Virus record (IMG/VR): IMGVR_UViG_3300008120_000397
Length of the DNA: 37,918 bases
DNA from: a virus
Reading direction: 5' to 3' (one strand)
Shown one piece after another: positions 5,417 through 12,488 of the stretch (position 1 is the first letter of the stretch; every line of letters starts with the position of its first letter). The position numbers were made by a program, and so were the translations under genes. Below the pieces are notes generated by a model. That model saw only the letters and a list, made by a program, of their open reading frames with translations, was not told the DNA's origin and did not search any database.

Positions 5417-7432
5417 TTAGACTGCCCAAATGACATCATAATGCACCCCGATTTTACCCTTTCGCTCCAGCCCCTCTATGGCGCGGTTAAATGCTGTTTT
5501 CTTTGTGTCTTGCTTATCTGCGGTTGAGCGGGCGTAAAATTCTTCCCGCCATGCGTGTTTTGTTGTGGCAGCCTTCACGCCTGATTGCGCGGCTTGATAA
5601 GGCACTTCAACGGGCCGCAATGCCATCACATTTTCCAGGATGCGCAGGGCCATGGCCTCGCCATTGGTGAGGCTTGCGCGGGCTTCCTGGGCCATCGTCT
5701 CGGCTGGGGTCACGATGCAGCTTGTGACCGGCTTGCCGCGATGATTGGTGCCGAGGTCAATGCGTTCTAGGCTGAAGGTCCAAGCCCCGTCAATCTCAAG
5801 CTCGCGTTGCTTGGTCACGCGGGCGGTGGATGGGCTATTGGCGTCGGGGCGGCTTATCTCGATCTCGGTGTCAGTGGCGGCGCGTAGCAGGCTATGTCCC
5901 CGCGCGCCTTGGGCTTGGTCCTTGCCTGAATGGTGTATCCAGGCCACATGCGCGCCGGTTGCCTGCCGAATCCGGTCGCTATTCATGACCAAAGAGCCCA
6001 TATCTTCCGGGGCGTTCTCGTTGCCCCCGGCCATGGCGCGGGAAAGGGTATCCATCACCACAAGGGCCACATTCCAGCCCATCTTGGCAGCGGCTTCCTG
6101 AATGGCCGCGATTAACCGGGACGTGTCCGCCTCTGGGTTCAGCAAGTCCAAGGCGACCGGGATAATGGCAAAGGGGATCGGGGCGCCTTCCACCCCGTAA
6201 TGCTTTGCCCATGCTGCCACGCGGTTACGGATGCCGTGGCTACCTTCCAAAGCGCAATAGATCACCCCACCTTGGGCTACCTCTCGCCCGTTCCAGGGCT
6301 TGCCCGTGGCCACATGCAGCGCTAGGTCGCAGGCAAAGAACGTCTTGCCGCAGTTTGACGGGCCATAGAAGACTGACATTGCGGCCCGGATCAGCAAGCC
6401 CTCAACAAAATCATCTCCGGTTAAGGCGGGTTCGACATCTTGGAAATAGACCAACGGCAGGCCGGTGCCGGGCGCGTCGGGGGCTACCTTCTCCACCTCA
6501 ATCTGCGGCGGCTCCGGGTCAGGTTCTGCGCTCCAATGGTCCGGCGCATGGTCGCGCGGCGGCGGTTCATCAGCGCGCGGCATGTATTCCTCGACAATGG
6601 TCCGCCGGATCATGGGGGCTGGCGCGGCGCGCGGCTTGGCCATGCCAGCGCGAAACGCGGCGCCTAGGGTTTTCTGCGCTGCCGGGTAATCCTCGCAGCG
6701 TGAGGCTATCCCGGCCAATGCGGACGCGAGCGCATGAAGCGCCGGGCCTTCTGCCAATTCGCCGGCTGCGACTAGGCCGCCGATCGAGAATGCCGCGCGA
6801 TTGAGCGTGTCATGCTTGGCGCCGTCCGGGGCGCTCATGATCGCCTGGCACTCGTTGTCCAAGGCTTGCAGGCCGTATCGGGTGCCGTCGCCAGATTGGC
6901 GGGGCGGGCTTGGCTGGCGCGGCGCTATGGGCTGCGCTGGCGCGGCGGGCGGGTCTATCAGATCCAACAACCACGCGGGCGCATCGGCAATAGTGGCGGG
7001 GTCAACCACGTCATAGCCATCGCTTGGCGGCGCAATGATGTAGCCGCCGGTCCCGCGAACATCCACGCCCGGCCCGACGCGGGACGCGCTGTTGCGGATC
7101 GCCCGACCGGCAGGCATGGCGAAAAGCAGGTGAACGCCGCCGCTCCGGGTCCGGTGTCGGCGCGTCTGGGGCAGGCGCGCTTCATGCGCTGCCAGCCATT
7201 CCAGGCCTTGGGCGCCGTTTTTGCAATCCAGGTCCAACACGAAAAACCCGGACGCCTCGCCCGTGGGGATGCCGATCATCGCGGCATTGCGGAAGCTGCG
7301 CCGGATTGTCTCCGGGTCGCGTGTCGCATCGCGAAAGCCGTGCGCCGTCATCGGGCGCTTGTGTTCATCGCACGGGAAAACGGGCAGGCCCATTTCTTCC
7401 GCCAGCCATTGGGCGGACGCGGCGAGGGTCAT
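5417..7432 (-). CDS. Bifunctional prim-pol / RepA-like (AAA_25) replicative helicase
   Basis: The N-terminal prim-pol motifs are FFVLDLDCKNG and TRSGGVHLLF. The C-terminal RecA-like domain has Walker A GPSNCGKT and Walker B VALVVMDTL. The ATG at 7432 forms an ATGA overlap with the upstream ORF. Confidence 0.85.
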   Translation of the reverse strand: MTLAASAQWLAEEMGLPVFPCDEHKRPMTAHGFRDATRDPETIRRSFRNAAMIGIPTGEASGFFVLDLDCKNGAQGLEWLAAHEARLPQTRRHRTRSGGVHLLFAMPAGRAIRNSASRVGPGVDVRGTGGYIIAPPSDGYDVVDPATIADAPAWLLDLIDPPAAPAQPIAPRQPSPPRQSGDGTRYGLQALDNECQAIMSAPDGAKHDTLNRAAFSIGGLVAAGELAEGPALHALASALAGIASRCEDYPAAQKTLGAAFRAGMAKPRAAPAPMIRRTIVEEYMPRADEPPPRDHAPDHWSAEPDPEPPQIEVEKVAPDAPGTGLPLVYFQDVEPALTGDDFVEGLLIRAAMSVFYGPSNCGKTFFACDLALHVATGKPWNGREVAQGGVIYCALEGSHGIRNRVAAWAKHYGVEGAPIPFAIIPVALDLLNPEADTSRLIAAIQEAAAKMGWNVALVVMDTLSRAMAGGNENAPEDMGSLVMNSDRIRQATGAHVAWIHHSGKDQAQGARGHSLLRAATDTEIEISRPDANSPSTARVTKQRELEIDGAWTFSLERIDLGTNHRGKPVTSCIVTPAETMAQEARASLTNGEAMALRILENVMALRPVEVPYQAAQSGVKAATTKHAWREEFYARSTADKQDTKKTAFNRAIEGLERKGKIGVHYDVIWAV

Positions 7433-7611
7433 TTTATCTGCTTCGCCTTCCATGTCTCGAAATGCGCCGCCCGTTCCGCGTCTTCCACCGGATCAGGCTC
7501 GCGCTCTTGCAGCGTTTCAAACACGCGCTTGACCCATTGCGTCACTTCGCTATGCGGCTCCGGGCCGAAGTCCAGCGTTGTCATGGGCGGAGGGTAGGGC
7601 GGGGCGGTCAT
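7429..7611 (-). CDS. Hypothetical protein (60 aa)
   Basis: ATGA overlaps are present at both ends. The protein is acidic and helical. Confidence 0.5.
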   Translation of the reverse strand: MTAPPYPPPMTTLDFGPEPHSEVTQWVKRVFETLQEREPDPVEDAERAAHFETWKAKQIK

Positions 7612-7982
7612 TCCTCCCATCTTACAAAGCGCGTAACAACGCCTTCATTTTGGCTGCGGCATTGTATTGCCGCCGCCTCAGTCTTATGCACGTCGTAAAT
7701 GTTCACCCACCCCTCGCGCTTCCCCCGCACGTTGCGGATGAACGGCTCACGAATTTGCGGCACTGAAGACCGGGCGCGCCAAGCGGTATCATCGCAGCGG
7801 ACGCCCCGATCAGTCACAAGGAAGACATCGCCAAAACCGCGGGCTCTTGCGCTTTCGACCCATACCATCCTTGGCACGAAATACCCCTCATCGTTTGGGT
7901 CTCCTGGCGGGTCCGGCAAGTGCTCTATCACGCGCGCCTTCCGCCCGTCCACCGTCTCAATCGGCTTGTTCCAGTCAATCAT
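7608..7982 (-). CDS. Hypothetical protein (124 aa)
   Basis: It starts MIDWNKPIET, with an ATGA overlap to the upstream ORF. I recognised no further motif. Confidence 0.55.
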   Translation of the reverse strand: MIDWNKPIETVDGRKARVIEHLPDPPGDPNDEGYFVPRMVWVESARARGFGDVFLVTDRGVRCDDTAWRARSSVPQIREPFIRNVRGKREGWVNIYDVHKTEAAAIQCRSQNEGVVTRFVRWEE

Positions 7983-8260
7983 TTTGAAACCTCCCATTGT
8001 TCCCATTTTGGGCAGCTTTCACCTTCTCTGGCATCACGAATGTTGACCGATTTCTTGGCACGGCCACTCTTTATGTTGTCCAATATAGATACCACGCCAT
8101 AAGCCCCGGTCAGGCTACTCGGCAACACTGGCCAATCTAGTTGATCGGTTGGGAATAAGCACCGATGAACAAAGCCAGGCGTATATGAACGCTCTTTGTC
8201 TGTCGCGCTTGCAAAACGACACGTGCGGCAATTCCGCTTTTTCTTCCAATGTGAACTCAT
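7979..8260 (-). CDS. Hypothetical Cys-containing protein (93 aa), AT-richer segment
   Basis: The ATG at 8260 forms an ATGA overlap with the VRR-NUC stop. A CRTC...HRC...C pattern may bind metal. The composition is visibly AT-richer than the flanks. Confidence 0.5.
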   Translation of the reverse strand: MSSHWKKKRNCRTCRFASATDKERSYTPGFVHRCLFPTDQLDWPVLPSSLTGAYGVVSILDNIKSGRAKKSVNIRDAREGESCPKWEQWEVSK

Positions 8261-8736
8261 TTCACGTCCCATCCCCATGCTTGCAGCCATGTTACGGCTT
8301 GCTCCTGCGACCGCACCACGGCCCATGTGTGCCCCATGCGCCTCAACATTTCGCCAATCTCAGCTTGCGCTGGCGATGGCTTACCGCCCGGCGCCTTCAC
8401 CTCCAGAAACGCCACCAGCCCTTCCGGTCCGATTACGATTAGGTCAGGCCAGCCGGTTATCATGCCGTCAGCCTTGATGCGCCGTCCGCCCATCACGCTG
8501 CGCTTGGCTGCGTTGGGCGAGTGGTGGCACACAATGCCGGACAGTTTCAGCCGCGCGATGATGGCGCGCTGGATAGCGGCTTCGGGTTGCGCGCGGCGCT
8601 TGCGGCCTCTTAGATCACGGTCTGTAATACCGACATCTATCATAGATTTTATGATCGAGATACGGATTGGGTGTTCGCCCGTTTGTACAGCCAAGGCCAA
8701 TCTTTCTTTAAGTTTGCGCTGGGGGTCGGCGGTCAT
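8257..8736 (-). CDS. VRR-NUC domain nuclease
   Basis: The motif GWPDLIVIGPEGLVAFLEVKAPGGKPSPAQ matches the VRR-NUC PD-(D/E)XK core. The ATG at 8736 is coupled to the upstream micro-ORF. Confidence 0.7.
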   Translation of the reverse strand: MTADPQRKLKERLALAVQTGEHPIRISIIKSMIDVGITDRDLRGRKRRAQPEAAIQRAIIARLKLSGIVCHHSPNAAKRSVMGGRRIKADGMITGWPDLIVIGPEGLVAFLEVKAPGGKPSPAQAEIGEMLRRMGHTWAVVRSQEQAVTWLQAWGWDVK

Positions 8737-8864
8737 GATAGTGCCCACCGCCAAGAGCCGACGGCCAATGCCGCTGCTGTTACTGCGAAGGCCAAAAGCC
8801 CCCACACCACAACCCCAGCAACAAAAAGAGCAATCCAGTCTTTGTCCATCTTATCCTCCTTCAT
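8733..8864 (-). CDS. Micro-ORF e (43 aa, one TM)
   Basis: MKEDKMDKDWIALFVAGVVVWGLLAFAVTAAALAVGSWRWALS. There are ATGA overlaps with both neighbours, and an aaggag sequence lies within the start region. Confidence 0.55.
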   Translation of the reverse strand: MKEDKMDKDWIALFVAGVVVWGLLAFAVTAAALAVGSWRWALS

Positions 8865-8995
8865 GACAACACCACCTTGTGTATCCAAAGCATCCCGATA
8901 ATGACGCCCCAGCCAATGACACCAAAGCCAAACCCGATCACCGCAATGCCAATCAATCGCGACATGATCGCGTCGAACTTTTCGAAGTTGCTCAT
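8861..8995 (-). CDS. Micro-ORF d (44 aa, one TM)
   Basis: MSNFEKFDAIMSRLIGIAVIGFGFGVIGWGVIIGMLWIHKVVLS. There are ATGA overlaps at both ends. Confidence 0.55.
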   Translation of the reverse strand: MSNFEKFDAIMSRLIGIAVIGFGFGVIGWGVIIGMLWIHKVVLS

Positions 8996-9087
8996 CCCAG
9001 CACCGCCTTCAGTAAAAAAGGCGCCGAACCCCAAATGCAGGCACCCAAAAGCGCAGAAATATAAATCGCCAATATGATGTCACTCAT
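8992..9087 (-). CDS. Micro-ORF c (31 aa, one TM)
   Basis: MSDIILAIYISALLGACIWGSAPFLLKAVLG. There are ATGA overlaps at both ends. Confidence 0.5.
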   Translation of the reverse strand: MSDIILAIYISALLGACIWGSAPFLLKAVLG

Positions 9088-9209
9088 GGCCCAAACACCC
9101 AATGCGCGGCGCCTGCGCCAGCGAAGGACGCGCCGGCCATCATGGCAAGCGCAATCGCTGCCTCGCCATACTGGCGCGCCTTTTCGCGGATTGTGCGGTT
9201 GTGTCTCAT
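9084..9209 (-). CDS. Micro-ORF b (41 aa, C-terminal hydrophobic segment)
   Basis: MRHNRTIREKARQYGEAAIALAMMAGASFAGAGAAHWVFGP. There are ATGA overlaps at both ends. Confidence 0.5.
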   Translation of the reverse strand: MRHNRTIREKARQYGEAAIALAMMAGASFAGAGAAHWVFGP

Positions 9210-9334
9210 TTCATCCCCTCCAGGATTGTCAGAATGTCGTTCAGCCGTGCGGTCACATGCACGGCGAAGGCTGCTGCTATGGCTGCGATGGCCACAACCA
9301 GCACGGCGCGAAGCTGCGCGCGGGTGTCAGTCAT
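9206..9334 (-). CDS. Micro-ORF a (42 aa, one TM)
   Basis: MTDTRAQLRAVLVVAIAAIAAAFAVHVTARLNDILTILEGMK. The start overlaps the upstream stop by 8 nt, and the stop forms an ATGA with micro-ORF b. Confidence 0.5.
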   Translation of the reverse strand: MTDTRAQLRAVLVVAIAAIAAAFAVHVTARLNDILTILEGMK

Positions 9335-9638
9335 CGCCGCGCGCCTTTAGCATGGCGTCGGCTTGATTCCATGCCTCAATCGCCATTTCATCGCGGTTGT
9401 AAACTTGTGCAAAATTATCGCCTGCCACAAGCAACCCCGTCAGCGCAGCGGCAGCAAAGCGGTCGCGCAATTCGGCGCGGGCTTGTTTGCGCTGTTGCTC
9501 AGCGTAGACTTTGCGTTGCTCTTCTTCCTTTTTCCGCCATTCTGCTATTTCTTCTGGTGTTGGCTGGAAAGGCCGTTGCGCTTGCCCATATGCGCTTGCT
9601 CCAACAAATTGGCCCGCGCTTCGCTCTTGATCACTCAT
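9327..9638 (-). CDS. Hypothetical protein (103 aa), charged coiled region
   Basis: The ATG at 9638 forms an ATGA overlap with the upstream ORF. It contains an EEIAEWRKKEEEQRKVYAEQQRKQARAE helix. Confidence 0.55.
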   Translation of the reverse strand: MSDQERSAGQFVGASAYGQAQRPFQPTPEEIAEWRKKEEEQRKVYAEQQRKQARAELRDRFAAAALTGLLVAGDNFAQVYNRDEMAIEAWNQADAMLKARGDD

Positions 9639-9823
9639 TTCTTTCTCTCCTGTTCTTTGCATTCCACATCCCGAAACGTCGCGTCAGGATGCGCGCGGGA
9701 TCGCGCGAAATCGAAAGCCATCCGGCAAGCGCGGGCCTCGCCAGTGCCTGCCGCGCGCTGGAATTGTATGCCCGGCTCGCATTGCGCGCCAAGGCATAGC
9801 GTGAAGGTCAGGGCGACTATCAT
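9635..9823 (-). CDS. Small Cys-containing protein with a hydrophobic N-terminus (62 aa)
   Basis: MIVALTFTLCLGAQC resembles a signal peptide, and there are four more Cys. ATGA overlaps are present at both ends. Confidence 0.5.
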   Translation of the reverse strand: MIVALTFTLCLGAQCEPGIQFQRAAGTGEARACRMAFDFARSRAHPDATFRDVECKEQERKK

Positions 9824-9942
9824 GGAGCCTGCGCCCCCAGCGCCCGCAACGCTTCCGCCGCATCAGCGCGCGTCGGGAACGGGCGGCCATGGAAGGCGCC
9901 AAGCCCTACCAGATACCACCAGCCGGAAATGCACTTGATCAT
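9820..9942 (-). CDS. Micro-ORF (40 aa)
   Basis: MIKCISGWWYLVGLGAFHGRPFPTRADAAEALRALGAQAP. There is a TAATG overlap with the stop of the sigma-like gene and an ATGA overlap with the next ORF. Confidence 0.4.
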   Translation of the reverse strand: MIKCISGWWYLVGLGAFHGRPFPTRADAAEALRALGAQAP

Positions 9943-10571
9943 TACATCATCTCCAACATCGCGCGCTTTGCGTCTTCATATTTGGGCGAGTTCAGCTTGT
10001 GCTTTAGCCGCCATTCCACCCTATGCAAAATCTGCCGCACCCGCTCGCGCGTCACTCCGAAATGCTTGGCGGTTGCCTCAAGCGTGGAAGGCTCGCCGCC
10101 TTCCAATCCGTAGTAATGCTTTACAACCGCAATGCCGCGCGCGTCGCTTTTGCCGTCCATAGTCTTCATCGACTCAAGGGCGACCATCAGCGAGTCAACC
10201 GCTTCTTTCACGATAAAGCTGCGCTCAGGATCATAGGCGATCGAAGGCGGCGCCGTGGCCATCAATGCCGGCAGGCTCTCGGCATCAACGTCGCGCGTGA
10301 CGCGGTTTGTTTGCAGCGCGCGGCGCAAAAATGGCGCCGGGAATAAATCTTCTGGCAACCGCTTTAGGGCATACCCTATGCGGACAATGCTATCTCGCAA
10401 TTCGCCGCTTGGCGTGTATGGCGCTAATTTCAGGTTGAGATAAAGCCCGACTGTGGTGTTGTTCACGCCAGATGCCCGCGCCAATTCAATCGCGGTGCTG
10501 AAGCCCGCTTGATCCATTGCGCGAAGCATCACCGCATTCTTGACGGTGACGATTACCCGAATGTCTTTCAT
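9942..10571 (-). CDS. Sigma-70 region-4-containing transcription factor (phage sigma-like)
   Basis: The C-terminus EPSTLEATAKHFGVTRERVRQILHRVEWRLKH matches the sigma-70 region 4.2 HTH. There is an additional N-terminal HTH (FSTAIELARASGVNNTTVGLYL). A TGATG overlap couples it to gcrA. Confidence 0.55.
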   Translation of the reverse strand: MKDIRVIVTVKNAVMLRAMDQAGFSTAIELARASGVNNTTVGLYLNLKLAPYTPSGELRDSIVRIGYALKRLPEDLFPAPFLRRALQTNRVTRDVDAESLPALMATAPPSIAYDPERSFIVKEAVDSLMVALESMKTMDGKSDARGIAVVKHYYGLEGGEPSTLEATAKHFGVTRERVRQILHRVEWRLKHKLNSPKYEDAKRAMLEMM

Positions 10572-11266
10572 CACGCCCACCTAGCCGGGCCAGGATTGCC
10601 CAAGTCTTTGTTTGTGCCGATGTACGCGGCGCGGTAATGCGCCAAACAATACGGCGAAGCGCAATTCTGACCCCTGGCGTTGGCAATGACCGGCTCAGAA
10701 CAGAAGCGCAGCGGTTCATCATCGCCGCTTACCACCATCTTGCACTGCTTCTCTGAAAAGACCCGGCGCTGATGCAACGCTTGAAGCGGATCAGCGCCGG
10801 GCAAGTTAGCGCCGGGCGGAGGAAAGGACGCCCGGCCACCACGCGCAGAGGGAGGCGCTGCGCTGGTTTTTGCGGCGCGCTGGACAGGGGATGTCCTCTT
10901 TTGTTGCGCGCCGCTCAGCCGGGCACGATGCTCGGCTGAACCCTTTTTAGACACAAGGCCAAGATGCACTGCCCGATATCGTATAGACGCCGGGCTGCGG
11001 TCAAGCTTCTGGCCAATCTGATCAACGTTAAGAAAACCGCCGTAAAGCTGCGTCAGCCACGCGTCTTCCTCTTCCGTCCAAGGCCGCGTGATAGTCGCAA
11101 TGGGCGACACGCGCGGCGCCAGCTTCAAGCGATGCACCCGGCCAATGATGCTGTTCTTGGTGGCGCACATGCGCTGCGCGATGTCCGTCCCGGTATGGCC
11201 TGCATCCCAAAGCGCGCGCAATTGCGCGTCGCGATCTGGCGTCCAAACGCCATTATGCTGGTTCAT
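10571..11266 (-). CDS. gcrA: GcrA-family cell-cycle regulator homologue
   Basis: The N-terminus WTPDRDAQLRALWDAGHTGTDIAQRM...KNSIIGRVHRLKL and the C-terminus CKMVV...FCSEP...SPYCLAHYRAAY match the GcrA N- and C-terminal signatures. A second Myb-like repeat WTEEEDAWLTQLY is inserted. Confidence 0.85.
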   Translation of the reverse strand: MNQHNGVWTPDRDAQLRALWDAGHTGTDIAQRMCATKNSIIGRVHRLKLAPRVSPIATITRPWTEEEDAWLTQLYGGFLNVDQIGQKLDRSPASIRYRAVHLGLVSKKGSAEHRARLSGAQQKRTSPVQRAAKTSAAPPSARGGRASFPPPGANLPGADPLQALHQRRVFSEKQCKMVVSGDDEPLRFCSEPVIANARGQNCASPYCLAHYRAAYIGTNKDLGNPGPARWA

Positions 11267-11529
11267 GCTGTCCTCTTTCTGCAACGTTCGCACATGCGCT
11301 GGAATTTGCTTTTTGCTTGGAAATCATCACGGCACATCAGGCAGGCGCGCAAAATAGTGTGCGGCGCCGGCCCAAAGCATTCACCCCCCGCAATGGCGCG
11401 CGTGTTTTTAATGCGGCGCTCGATCTTGTCCCATGGCATGTTTTGACCCCGCAACCGCCATACAAGGGCATCCTCCGATGGCGTCAAGCGATCTTGATTG
11501 GTCGCGATTTCGCGCCAGAAGCTACCCAC
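11263..11529 (-). CDS. Putative DNA-binding protein (Myb-like HTH plus C-terminal CxxC...CxxC)
   Basis: A GTG at 11529 lies 7 nt after a GGAGG SD. Motifs are LTPSEDALVWRLRGQNMPWDKIERRI and CLMCRDDF...MCERCRK. The ORF-track ATG at 11574 would overlap the Cro-like gene by 53 nt. Confidence 0.5.
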   Translation of the reverse strand: MGSFWREIATNQDRLTPSEDALVWRLRGQNMPWDKIERRIKNTRAIAGGECFGPAPHTILRACLMCRDDFQAKSKFQRMCERCRKRTA

Positions 11530-11725
11530 GGGCCGGCCTCCATTCCAGCGCCACCGCCAGCGCGCCAGGCGCAACGCGGCGCCGGAGCATGGCGCGCAGC
11601 CGGGCGTGATGCTTGTGGGGGACGCCTTTGCGGGTCCACATGTAAACGGCCTTTTCGCTCGATCCGAGGCGTTCGGCCAGGTGCTTCCGCCCGCCGGCGC
11701 GGGCTATGAGGTCTGAAATGGTCAT
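11522..11725 (-). CDS. Cro/YdaS-like HTH regulator, first gene of the early minus-strand operon
   Basis: 67 aa. The HTH pattern is LAERLGSSEKAVYMWTRKGVP. It lies directly downstream of the divergent promoter region. Confidence 0.65.
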   Translation of the reverse strand: MTISDLIARAGGRKHLAERLGSSEKAVYMWTRKGVPHKHHARLRAMLRRRVAPGALAVALEWRPARG

Positions 11726-11733
11726 GGGCCGGA

Positions 11734-11825
11734 ACCCTGCCCAAAACCGGGAAGCCTGTCAAGAAAAAAAATTGCCGGTGATGGAAACTTTTTTTCTTGA
11801 CACTACGCGCCGTGAGGCATAGGGT
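11734..11825. promoter_or_regulatory. Divergent promoter region with a 13-bp perfect inverted repeat carrying both -35 boxes
   Basis: GTCAAGAAAAAAA (11758-11770) and TTTTTTTCTTGAC (11789-11801). Plus strand: TTGACA 11797-11802, 17 nt, TAGGGT 11820-11825. Minus strand: TTGACA 11762-11757, 17 nt, CAGGGT 11739-11734. Confidence 0.45.
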
Positions 11826-11872
11826 CCACCCATCCCCGCCGATGGTGGCGCGGAATAAACGAGGGAAGCACA

Positions 11873-12238
11873 ATGCTCAATCTTCTGCCAATTCAACCGC
11901 CCGAACCGCCCGCGCAGCATGAAGCGCTGGTTACGCTGGCAGGCTATCGCACCCGCTTGGAAAAGTGCCCGAATGACCGGAAAGGCAACTGGCACGAAGC
12001 CGCGACCCGCGCATGGGCTGACATGCTGCAATTTGAACACATGGTGTCGCAGCTTCTGGCAATCAGCGCCGCCGCTCCCAGCCAAGACGCATCCGAGGCG
12101 ATTGACTACGCGCTTGATCAGCTTGTGGAAGCCGCCGGCACCCTGACCAATGAGGTTGAGCGCAAGGCGGAAGATGGCGCCGCGAACGGCGCCTTTTACC
12201 GGGCGATTGATGCCGCGAACGCGCGCCGGGATTTCTGA
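11873..12238 (+). CDS. Hypothetical protein (121 aa)
   Basis: This is the first ORF of the plus-strand operon, with SD gaggga upstream. I recognised no motif. Confidence 0.6.
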   Translation: MLNLLPIQPPEPPAQHEALVTLAGYRTRLEKCPNDRKGNWHEAATRAWADMLQFEHMVSQLLAISAAAPSQDASEAIDYALDQLVEAAGTLTNEVERKAEDGAANGAFYRAIDAANARRDF

Positions 12239-12239
12239 C

Positions 12240-12488
12240 ATGACGCCGGATCATGTCTTTATTGTCGCTGCGCTACATGCACAGCGCATCCTTGATGCCC
12301 GCCATTTTGAAGCATCTGCGGCGCGGTATGACGGCTTCGGCGATACCGACCGGGCCGAACAGTGCCGCGATAATGCCGCGCAATGCCGCGCGCAAGCTGC
12401 GGCCATTGAGGCGCTATTAAGGGCGAGCGGCGCGCAAGTGCTGATCCCGGATGTCGGGCAGCTATCACTTTTTGGAGATGGACAATGA
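12240..12488 (+). CDS. Hypothetical protein (82 aa)
   Basis: The ATG lies 1 nt after the previous stop, and the stop overlaps the next start (ATGA). Confidence 0.55.
   Translation: MTPDHVFIVAALHAQRILDARHFEASAARYDGFGDTDRAEQCRDNAAQCRAQAAAIEALLRASGAQVLIPDVGQLSLFGDGQ

Noticed and set aside
5035-5439. The full-length 134-aa ORF spanning the iteron region.
   Set aside because: The N-terminal 67 codons translate the iterons and the G/C palindrome into low-complexity sequence (NRDNRDILTGGEGHEPGHSGTPPLKGG). The internal ATG at 5238 gives a plausible 67-aa product. Only conservation analysis can settle this.
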